Shown one piece after another: positions 40,607 to 49,776 of a DNA stretch of 64,000 nucleotides. Numbering within the stretch: position 1 is the first letter of the stretch; every line of letters starts with the position of its first letter. Origin of the DNA: a virus (Duplodnaviria; Caudoviricetes); the IMG/VR virus record IMGVR_UViG_3300043395_004688; one strand, given 5' to 3'. Under the pieces are notes generated by a model. It did no database searches and was not told the DNA's origin. It saw only the letters and a list, made by a program, of their open reading frames with translations. The position numbers and the translations under genes are program-made.

Positions 40607-41329
40607 ATGACAATGACAACTTATAATCCTAAATTCAACTATCAAAAATTAGCTAGATCTGAAGGTGCTACTAGACTTTATACTACACCTGATGGCGACC
40701 GGCTCCCCTCTGTAACCACAATTCTAGACAAGACCAAGTCTGAAGAAAAGAAAGCCGCGCTAGCACAATGGCGAGCCAGGGTTGGAGAAGAACAAGCTCA
40801 AAAAATCACAACCGAAGCCGCCAATCGTGGAACTCGGATGCACACCTACCTTGAAAGATACATCAAGGAAGGAGCAATGCCACAAAAAGGATCCAATCCT
40901 TTCAGCTGGCCCAGTTATGCAATGGCTCAAGAAGTCATTGACAAGGGCTTGATTAATGTTAGCGAGATTTGGGGAGTTGAGGTACCTCTGTACTTTCCGG
41001 GCTTGTACGCAGGAACTACAGATGGTGCGGGCATACATCTAAATGAAGAAGCTATCCTAGACTACAAGCAAACCAACAAGCCCAAAAAGCGCGAGTGGAT
41101 TGAAGACTATTTCATTCAACTCTGCGCTTATGCAGAAGCACATAACGAATTACATGGCACTTGCATTAAAAAAGGCGTTGTGCTAATGTGTGTTAAACCC
41201 GAACTAGATCAGGATCACAACATTGTTGGTAAACCAGAATATCAAGAATTTGTACTTGAAGGAGCAGACTTCAGGTACTACACTGATCAATGGCTCAGGC
41301 GTGTCGAGCAGTATTACAAATTAGTGTAA
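40607..41329 (+). CDS. PD-(D/E)XK exonuclease
   Basis: LPSVTTIL, RGTRMH..LE, EVPLY..GLYAGTTD, ILDYKQT, YFIQLCAYA; sigma70 promoter TTGACT-17-TATACT at 40576-40604. Confidence 0.88.
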   Translation: MTMTTYNPKFNYQKLARSEGATRLYTTPDGDRLPSVTTILDKTKSEEKKAALAQWRARVGEEQAQKITTEAANRGTRMHTYLERYIKEGAMPQKGSNPFSWPSYAMAQEVIDKGLINVSEIWGVEVPLYFPGLYAGTTDGAGIHLNEEAILDYKQTNKPKKREWIEDYFIQLCAYAEAHNELHGTCIKKGVVLMCVKPELDQDHNIVGKPEYQEFVLEGADFRYYTDQWLRRVEQYYKLV

Positions 41330-41368
41330 ACGATATCAACTTAACAAACACCGCAAATAAATATCAAC

Positions 41369-41815
41369 GTGGAAGCCCGCAACTTAGATCATTGGTTCTC
41401 AGATAGGCAAAGTCGCTTACTGGCTTGGAGAGAGTGGAGAGAACAGTTATCTACACTTTCTGACAACGACCTTTACAACGAAATTGCACAATGGTGGAAG
41501 TTTGTACCCTTGGTAAACAAAACTTTTGACCCTTGGCGTATGGAGACTTGGCCTAATCCCTGGGATCTAGTTGCTGGCGGAAGCTTTTGCCCTAGTGCCC
41601 AAGGCCTAGGCATTTTTTATTCTTTAGTGTTAGCTCGTATCGATTGCGAGCTAATACTAGCAATTGTTGACAATAAAGCTAGACTACTAGTAATTTTACC
41701 AGATAAAAAGATTTTAAATTACATAGATGGCGAAGTAGTTGACATTGAAAAAACTGATTTGCAAATTTTGAAAGTATGGGCTCCTAGCGATATGACTAGG
41801 CTGGTTAAACTGTAA
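41369..41815 (+). CDS. Hypothetical protein, possible transglutaminase-like Cys fold
   Basis: WPNPWDL..GGSFC....GI.YSL pattern. Confidence 0.45.
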   Translation: MEARNLDHWFSDRQSRLLAWREWREQLSTLSDNDLYNEIAQWWKFVPLVNKTFDPWRMETWPNPWDLVAGGSFCPSAQGLGIFYSLVLARIDCELILAIVDNKARLLVILPDKKILNYIDGEVVDIEKTDLQILKVWAPSDMTRLVKL

Positions 41816-41874
41816 AGATATTGCGTCACCCACCTTGGTTAAGTAAGAAACTTACTACTCCAGGGAGAACAACA

Positions 41875-44202
41875 ATGGATCAATTGGTAGAACTTATGAG
41901 CAAGAGCACAATTAATGTAATTAAGAGAGACGGTAGAAAAGAACCGCTAGATATTAATAAAATTCATATCATGGTTGAGGAAGCCTGCGAAGGCTTAGCT
42001 GGAGTAAGTGTAAGTCAAATCGAAATGAATGCTGACTTGCAATTCATTGATGGTATCACAACTGCTGATATTCAAGAAATTCTCATTCGCAGCGCCAGCG
42101 ACCTAATCAGCTTAGAAAAGCCTAACTATCAGTTTGCGGCTGCAAGACTCTTGCTCTACGGACTACGCAAGGATGTATTTGGTCAGTTTGACTATATTCC
42201 TTTGTACGACTTGGTCAAACTAAATGTTGACCGCGGAGTGTACGATGCTGAACTGTTGACTCAATACACAGAAGCTGAATGGCGTCAGCTAGATGTGTAT
42301 ATCAATCATCAAAGAGACTTGGACTTTACCTATGCTGGTATGCGCCAAGTAGTAGACAAATATCTAGTTCAGGATCGTAGCAGTGGTCGTGTGTACGAGA
42401 CTCCTCAGTACATGTACATGATGATTGCCGCTACCTTGTTTGCAACCTATCCTGCTGATAAGAGACTAACTTATATTCGCCGTTACTATGACGCCATTTC
42501 TACTTTCAAAATCAACATTCCAACTCCAGTGATGAGCGGTGTGCGTACACCTATCCGTCAGTTTGCAAGTTGTGTTCTAGTTGATGTTGACGACACGCTT
42601 CCTTCAATCTTTAATAGTTCTACCGCAGTTGGATATTACATTGCACAGAGAGCAGGTATTGGTCTCAATGTAGGCCGCATTCGTGCTATCAATTCTAAGA
42701 TTCGTGGAGGTGAAGTAGCACACACAGGTGTTATTCCCTTCTTAAAGGTCTATGAGTCTGTGGTGCGTAGTTGCACACAAAACGGTGTGCGCGGTGGTAG
42801 CGCCACTGTGCATTTTCCAATTTGGCACAAAGAGATCGAAGACATCATTGTATTAAAGAACAACAAAGGCACCGAAGATAACCGTGTCCGTAAGCTAGAC
42901 TATTCAATTCAACTCAGTAAGTTATTCTATGAAAGATTGCTCACTGATGGCAACATCAGCTTGTTTAGTCCTCACGATGTACCAGATCTCTATGAAGCCT
43001 TTGGCAACAATGATGTCTTTGACAGTCTGTATGTAAAGTACGAAAACGACTCAAAGATTTCTAAAAAGGTTGTCAAAGCCATGCACCTCTTTAGCGAACT
43101 ACTAAAAGAAAGGGCAGAAACTGGTCGTGTTTATATCATGAACATTGACCACTGCAACAGTCATAGCAGTTTTACTGACATGGTCCGTATGAGCAATCTT
43201 TGCCAAGAGATTACTTTGCCTACAGATCCTATTCAATCTCTAGACGATGCCAATGGTGAGATTGCTCTGTGTATTCTCAGCGCCATTAATGTTGGCAATC
43301 TCCGTGAATTGGATGACTTGAAAAACCTATGTGACCTTGCTGTTCGTGCTCTAGATCAGATCATTGACTATCAACGGTATCCGGTATTGGCAGCAGAGCG
43401 TAGTACCAAGGCTCGCCGTAGTCTTGGTGTTGGCTATATTGGGTTGGCTCATTATCTTGCTAAGAAAGGATTGAAGTATAGTGATCCAGATGCTGCTCGC
43501 GCAGTCAATCGTTTGACAGAAGCATTTCAGTATTATTTGATCAAGGCCAGTGTCAATCTTGCCAAAGAAACAGCACCGTGTGAATTGTTTAGCCGTACAA
43601 AATATGCCAATGGAGTACTGCCAGTAGACACCTATAAGCGTGACATTGACGAATTCCTTGGCAATGAACTGCATTATGATTGGGAAGCACTACGCAAGGA
43701 AGTGTTGGCACACGGCATGCGTCATAGCACTTTGAGCGCACAGATGCCCAGCGAATCAAGTTCGGTAGTATCTAATGAAACCAACGGCATTGAGCCACCT
43801 CGAGCAGCTATGAGCACCAAGAAGTCCAAGAAAGGACCTCTAAAGCAAATTGTTCCACAATACGGTAGCTTAAAAAATAACTACTCTTATCTCTACGAAG
43901 ATGGTGTCAACGAAGGCTATATCCGTATTGTTGCAGCAATGCAGAAATATTTTGATCAATCGATTTCCGGTAACTGGTCGTACAATCCAAAACATTATCC
44001 TAACAACGAAGTACCAATGAGCGTGATGTTCAATGATCTTCTAACTACATACAAGTTGGGCTGGAAAACCAGTTACTACCATAATACCTACGACATGAAG
44101 GGCGAGGATGAAGAAGCTATTGTAATTGAGCAAGCACCTATGCTAAAATTAAGCAACACAGTAGTAGACAACGACGAAGCCTGCGAAGCCTGTACCATAT
44201 AA
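41875..44202 (+). CDS. nrdA: Ribonucleotide reductase class Ia large subunit
   Basis: ATP cone (VIKRDGRKEPLDINKI), QFASCVL, SNLCQEI, CILSAIN, AQMPSESSS, C-terminal CEACTI; GGAG RBS before ATG 41875. Confidence 0.97.
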   Translation: MDQLVELMSKSTINVIKRDGRKEPLDINKIHIMVEEACEGLAGVSVSQIEMNADLQFIDGITTADIQEILIRSASDLISLEKPNYQFAAARLLLYGLRKDVFGQFDYIPLYDLVKLNVDRGVYDAELLTQYTEAEWRQLDVYINHQRDLDFTYAGMRQVVDKYLVQDRSSGRVYETPQYMYMMIAATLFATYPADKRLTYIRRYYDAISTFKINIPTPVMSGVRTPIRQFASCVLVDVDDTLPSIFNSSTAVGYYIAQRAGIGLNVGRIRAINSKIRGGEVAHTGVIPFLKVYESVVRSCTQNGVRGGSATVHFPIWHKEIEDIIVLKNNKGTEDNRVRKLDYSIQLSKLFYERLLTDGNISLFSPHDVPDLYEAFGNNDVFDSLYVKYENDSKISKKVVKAMHLFSELLKERAETGRVYIMNIDHCNSHSSFTDMVRMSNLCQEITLPTDPIQSLDDANGEIALCILSAINVGNLRELDDLKNLCDLAVRALDQIIDYQRYPVLAAERSTKARRSLGVGYIGLAHYLAKKGLKYSDPDAARAVNRLTEAFQYYLIKASVNLAKETAPCELFSRTKYANGVLPVDTYKRDIDEFLGNELHYDWEALRKEVLAHGMRHSTLSAQMPSESSSVVSNETNGIEPPRAAMSTKKSKKGPLKQIVPQYGSLKNNYSYLYEDGVNEGYIRIVAAMQKYFDQSISGNWSYNPKHYPNNEVPMSVMFNDLLTTYKLGWKTSYYHNTYDMKGEDEEAIVIEQAPMLKLSNTVVDNDEACEACTI

Positions 44203-44210
44203 TAGGAAAT

Positions 44211-45314
44211 TTGATGACCGTAACAGTTTTTAACAAAGAAAAAATTGATTTCACCAAACAGCCTATGTTCTTTGGTGAAGCCCTCAATGCCCAAAGGTTT
44301 GATACCTTCAAGTATCCAGTATTTGACAAGCTGACTCAAACTCAGCTTGGTTATTTCTGGCGTCCTGAGGAAGTCAGCTTACAAAAGGATCGCAGTGACT
44401 ATCTAGACTTTCGCGATGAGCAGAAGTTTATCTTTACTGCTAACCTCAAATACCAGATTCTGCTAGACAGCGTTCAAGGACGAGCACCGGCAATGGCATT
44501 TATGCCTTATTGCAGTCTACCTGAGCTTGAAGGTTGCATGAATGCCTGGCAGTTTTTTGAAAACATTCACAGCCGCAGTTATACACATATCATTAAGAAT
44601 GTGTATTCAAATCCCACTGAAGTATTTGACACCATGCTCGACGATGAAAAAATTATTGCTCGAGCCAAAAGTGTAACCAAAGCGTATGACGAGTTTATCA
44701 ATGCTGCCCAGCTATATGAAGTCACCGGCAAGGGCTCGCTTCAAGATGTTAAGAAAAAGCTATTCTTGGCTATGGTCAATGTTAACGCTCTAGAAGCACT
44801 TCGATTCTATGTAAGCTTTGCTTGTAGTTTTGCCTTTGGCGAGCTAAAGAAGATGGAAGGTTCGGCCAAGATCATTAGCCTTATTGCTCGTGACGAAAGT
44901 CAACATCTAAGCATTACCAGTCACATCATTAAGAATTGGCTCAAAGGTGATGATCCTGAAATGGAAAAGATTGCCAACGAAAATCTTTCTGCCATTGGCG
45001 AGATTTATGATCTAGTGGTTGAAGAAGAAAAAGATTGGGCTAATTATCTTTTTAGCCGTGGTGCCATTGTTGGCTTAAATGAAAAACTATTGCACCAATA
45101 CATTGAATACATAGCTAATCGTAGACTCAAAGGGCTAGGTCTTGAAGCTAGGTACGAGCGTAGTGCCAATGATAATCCTTTGCCATGGACAGAACACTGG
45201 ACCAGTAGTAAGGGATTACAAGTAGCACCACAGGAAACAGAAATTGAGTCCTATGTCATTGGAGGAATCAAGCAAGATGTCAATAGAAACACCTTCGCTG
45301 GATTCAAACTCTGA
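44211..45314 (+). CDS. nrdB: Ribonucleotide reductase class Ia small subunit
   Basis: FWRPEEV, LLDSVQG, ENIHSRSY, LEALRFYVSF, RDESQH, APQETEIESY. Confidence 0.97.
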   Translation: MMTVTVFNKEKIDFTKQPMFFGEALNAQRFDTFKYPVFDKLTQTQLGYFWRPEEVSLQKDRSDYLDFRDEQKFIFTANLKYQILLDSVQGRAPAMAFMPYCSLPELEGCMNAWQFFENIHSRSYTHIIKNVYSNPTEVFDTMLDDEKIIARAKSVTKAYDEFINAAQLYEVTGKGSLQDVKKKLFLAMVNVNALEALRFYVSFACSFAFGELKKMEGSAKIISLIARDESQHLSITSHIIKNWLKGDDPEMEKIANENLSAIGEIYDLVVEEEKDWANYLFSRGAIVGLNEKLLHQYIEYIANRRLKGLGLEARYERSANDNPLPWTEHWTSSKGLQVAPQETEIESYVIGGIKQDVNRNTFAGFKL

Positions 45315-45561
45315 AGTAAGCGAACTTTATACCATGCAGTTTTGCGAATCTTGCAAGACTGCTATTCGTAAATTACACGAAGCTGGTTATGAGTTTGTGA
45401 TTTACGATGTAACTAAAATTGGTACTCGGCGAGTGTTTGAAGTATGGAAGCATCGACTAGGGCATAATCCAAATTTAGTTCCACAGTTTTGGTACAAAGG
45501 ACAATACATAGGCGGTAGTCCAGCAATTGATAAATTTTTAAAGGAAAACAATGCTTCTTAA
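45277..45561 (+). CDS. Glutaredoxin / NrdH-like redoxin
   Basis: ELYTMQFCESC (CxxC), VPQFW, YIGG; GGAGG upstream of ATG 45277 inside the nrdB end. Start uncertain. Confidence 0.8.
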   Translation: MSIETPSLDSNSEVSELYTMQFCESCKTAIRKLHEAGYEFVIYDVTKIGTRRVFEVWKHRLGHNPNLVPQFWYKGQYIGGSPAIDKFLKENNAS

Positions 45562-45871
45562 TATTAGAAAACCAGGTGATACTGTTTCACTAAAAATGAG
45601 TTCAGGTGAAGAACTTATTGGAACATACAAGGGCGATGATGCTACCAGCTATATCATTGATAGACCGGTGTCATTGACAGCTGGTCCAAATGGAAAACCA
45701 GCTTTGGTTCCATATCTTATGACAGTTAATCCACAGAATGCTAGAGATATCGCATTCAATAAATCTTTAGTAGTTTGCGTTGCAACTACTGAAAAAGAAT
45801 TGGCCACACAGTATTCTTCAGCAATGAGTGGAATAGTAGCGGCACCAGCTGGATTGAGGCTTGATGCATGA
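45551..45871 (+). CDS. Hypothetical protein (Sm-like barrel)
   Basis: GDTVSLKMSSGEELIG...IIDRPVSL pattern. Confidence 0.55.
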   Translation: MLLNIRKPGDTVSLKMSSGEELIGTYKGDDATSYIIDRPVSLTAGPNGKPALVPYLMTVNPQNARDIAFNKSLVVCVATTEKELATQYSSAMSGIVAAPAGLRLDA

Positions 45872-46845
45872 CACGGCCAGTACATAGACTAGGAGACATC
45901 AACGAGTGCGGCGGTGAAATTACAGAAGTAATACAAGGCACCGTATACGCCAATAATCTCTTGGTTAGTATTGACGGCAGTGATGTTGAAAGCGATCAAA
46001 CAGCTAATGGAAGCCAAACTGTTTTTATAAACGGTATACCAGTTAACCGAGAAGGCGACGAGGACGAAAGTGGCTGTGCTAGAGCCGAAGGAAGTCCAAA
46101 TGTATTTGTTGGGGATACGGCTTTTGGTTCTCCTCCGCGAGCACCCAGATCGGCTTTGTTTGTTAAGCCACCAACCCCAATAGCAGCCGATCAGAGTCCA
46201 TATCGCAGAACTGCGCCTCCTCCTACACGAGCCCAGAATGTACAAGCAGGTACTGCGCCCAATAATCCAGGAGTTGCAGACACACCTCCTATTCAAGACC
46301 AACCGGTTACTCAATGCGAACCAGGCAAGCCCAATGTACTAGGCTTCCTAAGCAGGTGCCTTGAAGAAGCAAAAAATGGAACCTGGCGGGAAACTGGGCA
46401 AGGTGGTCGTCCAAGTAATCCAAACATTATCAATATGTGGAGAGACATTGGTATAACATACTATACCAGTGATCAGACACCGTGGTGTGCAGGATTTGTT
46501 TGCTTTGCCATGAAACAAAGCGGAATGAAATACATTAGAGATGCCAATGCTTTTAGTGTTGCAAACAAGTTAGGCAGCGGTAGCGTTGACCCAAACTATA
46601 AAACAGTACCATTAAGCGAGATGAAAGCAGGAGATCTTGTATTATGGGGATCTGGTCATGTCAGCTTTTGCTACACAGCAAATAATGGTAGATATACCTT
46701 TGTTGGAGGCAATCAAATGCCTGGTCGAGCGGCTACACCACCGGTTAGAGACCCCAACAACGACGGGGATGTTACCATAAGTTACCCAGGTGGCTGGGTG
46801 CCTAGTTTAGGTGGTATTACCAAGGTGGTACGCTTAGATTGTTAA
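45868..46845 (+). CDS. PAAR spike protein fused to a CHAP/NlpC-type amidase
   Basis: N-terminal PAAR-type repeats (PVHRLGD, TVFINGIPVNREGD, GSPNVFVG); C-terminal TPWCAGFV, GDLVLW..GHVSF, VGGNQ. Confidence 0.8.
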   Translation: MTRPVHRLGDINECGGEITEVIQGTVYANNLLVSIDGSDVESDQTANGSQTVFINGIPVNREGDEDESGCARAEGSPNVFVGDTAFGSPPRAPRSALFVKPPTPIAADQSPYRRTAPPPTRAQNVQAGTAPNNPGVADTPPIQDQPVTQCEPGKPNVLGFLSRCLEEAKNGTWRETGQGGRPSNPNIINMWRDIGITYYTSDQTPWCAGFVCFAMKQSGMKYIRDANAFSVANKLGSGSVDPNYKTVPLSEMKAGDLVLWGSGHVSFCYTANNGRYTFVGGNQMPGRAATPPVRDPNNDGDVTISYPGGWVPSLGGITKVVRLDC

Positions 46846-46880
46846 ACAAAGCCTTCCATAAATACATGGGAGGCTTTTTA

Positions 46881-47546
46881 ATGTGTGATGCAAAACCAGC
46901 CGGATCCGGCAATGTACTAACTACACCCAGCGGTGTACCATACTATGCTGACAATAAAGCTCAGCGAGCTGGCGAAACTGCTGCAATGGGCCCAGGCGCA
47001 GGCGAGGCTACGCAGCCACCAGGTGGTGATCAGCCTCCTACAGATTTAACAGACTGCACAACCTACACTGACGCCCAATGGGACACAGGATGCAGTGAAA
47101 AATTCAAGTTTGCTCACATGAATAGAAAGCCACAAGGAGGTAGCTGTTCAGAAGCCGAAGTAGCTTGTAACTGGCAAAAGCTTTGCCAAAATATACTTGA
47201 CAAAGTTAAAACACAGTTCCCGGGCATGACAATTAGTTCAGGGTTTAGACCGTCATCTTATGATAGAGAATTAGGCGGAAGCGGAAACGGTGATCATACT
47301 TACGGCAAGGCTGCAGACATACAGCTTGGTGGTGAAGAAGGTGCTAAACAACTTTTTAAATTTATTGGTAGCAGCGGTTTACCATATAGCCAACTAATTT
47401 ATGAAGGAAGATGGGTTCATGTAGCCTACAACGGCGCCAGCCCAGCAAGTGTAGCAGTATTGGTTACTAGAACTGGCAGAGCACCTTATCAAAATGGTGG
47501 CGGTCGTGCTGGATCTGCTCTGCCTCCTGACCTTAGATGGGCATAA
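46881..47546 (+). CDS. Peptidase M15A-family Zn peptidase
   Basis: ISSGFR, GDHTYGKAADI (H-x6-D), QLIYEGRWVHVAY; GGAGG RBS before 46881. Confidence 0.85.
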   Translation: MCDAKPAGSGNVLTTPSGVPYYADNKAQRAGETAAMGPGAGEATQPPGGDQPPTDLTDCTTYTDAQWDTGCSEKFKFAHMNRKPQGGSCSEAEVACNWQKLCQNILDKVKTQFPGMTISSGFRPSSYDRELGGSGNGDHTYGKAADIQLGGEEGAKQLFKFIGSSGLPYSQLIYEGRWVHVAYNGASPASVAVLVTRTGRAPYQNGGGRAGSALPPDLRWA

Positions 47547-47556
47547 GTAAGAGACT

Positions 47557-49377
47557 ATGGCAATTATTCCAGTTATACCCGGTGTACAAGTTGCAACCAA
47601 AGGGATTCTCAATAAGCCACTAAAGGACATTATTTGTGCTTTGCTTTTTGGTGGCCTGGCAAACATGCTCAAAGGACCTCTTTTGTGTATCCAAGCCGAC
47701 CTTGACAAGTTGATCACAGAAAACACTGGCCTACCGGGCATTAAAGATTTACAAAACGAACTGAAAGAATTAAAAAACGAACTCAAGGCTGCTGAAGATC
47801 TGGCAGGAATCAAAGATACCCTGAATCGCATCAATGGTGCAATTGCTGAAGTTCAAAGTCTGTTGGCACTTGATGGTCTTTGTAAAATTCCAATGAAGGC
47901 TCCAAAGATACCAGATGTACTGGGACAAATCATTGATGCTGAATTTGCAGAAATGAATTCAATTTTAAAAGACATTGGAAGACTGGCCAAGCCGCAACTT
48001 TGCTTAAATGGAGATGGTGGAATTAACACTGGTAGTTATAATCCAGAAAGCATCTTGGGTAGCATACAAAAGCATGGCGGCCGCATGGCAGATATTCCCG
48101 GACAAAAAGTCAACGGATTGCTAAACAGAGTTAAAGGTATTAGAACTGCCTTAAACAAGTCAATCAATCGTCAATTGTTCCCTGACTTTAGACACAAAAC
48201 AAATTTGGTAACAGGCAAGCCATATGTGCCAGGACAAACTTTTGCTCAAGCCGGTTTAGTACCTGCTGGTGCATCAAATGCAAATACACCAGTGCCAGTC
48301 ATTACCATGGCACCACCACCACCCTTATCAAATCAATGGAACGGTCCTTATCCACCATCCGAAACGCCAAATCTAAAAGAAGCCACAAATCAAGCCAATG
48401 CAATAGTAGGTAATGTACGGAAGACAGCAAGCTATCCTGTCAAGACAGATGGCATTGTTACTACAAATATTTGGCCAGGGCTAGTTGGTCCTGAAGTTTA
48501 TGCCTTGGCAGTAACAGCACTAACACCACAGGATCCATTCTTTGCTCAGCAAGATCCTATCTACGATTACTGCGGAAAACTAATAGGCTATGAGTCCACA
48601 GTGATTACAGGTGATCCAGCTGACGATGTTGGTGATCCAATCTTAGATGCAGAACTAAATCCTCCAGTAACCAACTTTAATTTTGTCTGGATACAAGATC
48701 GTCAATGCTGGGGTGTTACCGGTGTTCAAAGCGAACAAATTATCAATGGCAGAAAAGACACATATCTAAACGCCAATCCAACTGTTGAATTAAGACGCGG
48801 TTATAGTCATACATTTGGCGTACCCAGTTCTGACATCGGTGGCTTTGTAGTCAACGGCGAAACAGTTAACCCTGCTTCAATAGCCCCTGAATTTTATATT
48901 TGTTATGTCAATGCAGACCTAACGCCTAGACTACAAGACGGCAAAGTAGTAAAGTTTAATCTTGGGCTGAGCAGACTAGAAACATTTGAGTTATTAGACG
49001 ATGCCAATGGTATTGCTGGCAGCGAAGGTCTAGAAAGAAGATTAAACAACCCATTGGGAACCAACATTTACTTCCAAGCCGAAAATAAAGTTTACACAGG
49101 CGAAGAACCGCCTAATGCACCCAATGAAGAAGTGTGGTGGTTCCATCCAATAACCTGCGTGACTAAACGATGGGTTCTAAATAGATATACTGATGCCAGC
49201 GACCCAGACACATTTGGCGATGTCATTGATGGCAGCGGCCAATGGGTTGAAGTCACACAACAGGAACGCGAAGACCGCTGGTTTGGTTCTAGCAATATTG
49301 CCAATGACCCACATGTAAACTATCTTGCTTACAGCAACGAAGATGGAACAATTTTTGGATTGCTGAAGTTTGTTTAA
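47557..49377 (+). CDS. Hypothetical protein (probable baseplate/virion)
   Basis: 606-aa ORF behind TAAGTA, following the spike genes. Confidence 0.65.
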   Translation: MAIIPVIPGVQVATKGILNKPLKDIICALLFGGLANMLKGPLLCIQADLDKLITENTGLPGIKDLQNELKELKNELKAAEDLAGIKDTLNRINGAIAEVQSLLALDGLCKIPMKAPKIPDVLGQIIDAEFAEMNSILKDIGRLAKPQLCLNGDGGINTGSYNPESILGSIQKHGGRMADIPGQKVNGLLNRVKGIRTALNKSINRQLFPDFRHKTNLVTGKPYVPGQTFAQAGLVPAGASNANTPVPVITMAPPPPLSNQWNGPYPPSETPNLKEATNQANAIVGNVRKTASYPVKTDGIVTTNIWPGLVGPEVYALAVTALTPQDPFFAQQDPIYDYCGKLIGYESTVITGDPADDVGDPILDAELNPPVTNFNFVWIQDRQCWGVTGVQSEQIINGRKDTYLNANPTVELRRGYSHTFGVPSSDIGGFVVNGETVNPASIAPEFYICYVNADLTPRLQDGKVVKFNLGLSRLETFELLDDANGIAGSEGLERRLNNPLGTNIYFQAENKVYTGEEPPNAPNEEVWWFHPITCVTKRWVLNRYTDASDPDTFGDVIDGSGQWVEVTQQEREDRWFGSSNIANDPHVNYLAYSNEDGTIFGLLKFV

Positions 49378-49421
49378 CCCTAACCCACATTATCTGGTTG
49401 GCCTTTTGAAAAATAGCTAAC

Positions 49422-49452
49422 TTGACAATACTAGGCAACTGTAGTATAAATA
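49422..49452 (+). promoter_or_regulatory. Promoter of the tmRNA gene (sigma70 and T4-late consensus overlap)
   Basis: TTGACA-17-TATAAA; the -10 extends to TATAAATA. Confidence 0.8.
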
Positions 49453-49456
49453 TCTT

Positions 49457-49733
49457 TATTGCTGTATGAAGCAACGAAAAAGGTGTTCTGGACGCCGGGG
49501 CAGTACCGGCCAGGTCCACCATAAGCATATTGGACAAATGGATACAACTAATATGCTTATGATGGGCCTGAACTAGGATCGACAGGGCAATGAGTATTGA
49601 AGTGGACAGCAGGGTAGGCGATGACCCTAAATCAAGCAAACTCAATAATTGCAAACGACAATTATTACTCTGAGGATCTACGCCTAGCGGCGTAACCCAG
49701 CGGGGCAGGAAAGGCCTTGTAACCCAACAAACC
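49457..49733 (+). ncRNA. ssrA: Circularly permuted (two-piece) tmRNA
   Basis: Acceptor piece ends GCCGG-GGCAGTA-CCGGC-CAGGTCC-A-CCA (49521). Coding piece starts GGGCCTG (49564), giving a 7-bp acceptor stem with G3:U70 and A73. Tag 49651-49695 reads ANDNYYSEDLRLAA*. Outer ends approximate. Confidence 0.93.
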
Positions 49734-49761
49734 AAGAAAGCCCACTTCGGTGGGCTTTCTT
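49734..49761 (+). terminator. Rho-independent terminator after tmRNA
   Basis: AAGAAAGCCCAC-TTCG-GTGGGCTTTCTT. Confidence 0.9.
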
Positions 49762-49776
49762 AGTGTAAATACCTAT

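Noticed and set aside
40607-41329. Possible Cas4 / CRISPR adaptation gene
   Set aside because: PD-(D/E)XK motifs are present but the four-Cys Fe-S cluster is not, and there is no array or other cas gene.
49289-49735. 148-aa minus-strand ORF across the intergenic gap
   Set aside because: Antisense to the tmRNA, whose structure, promoter and terminator explain the sequence.
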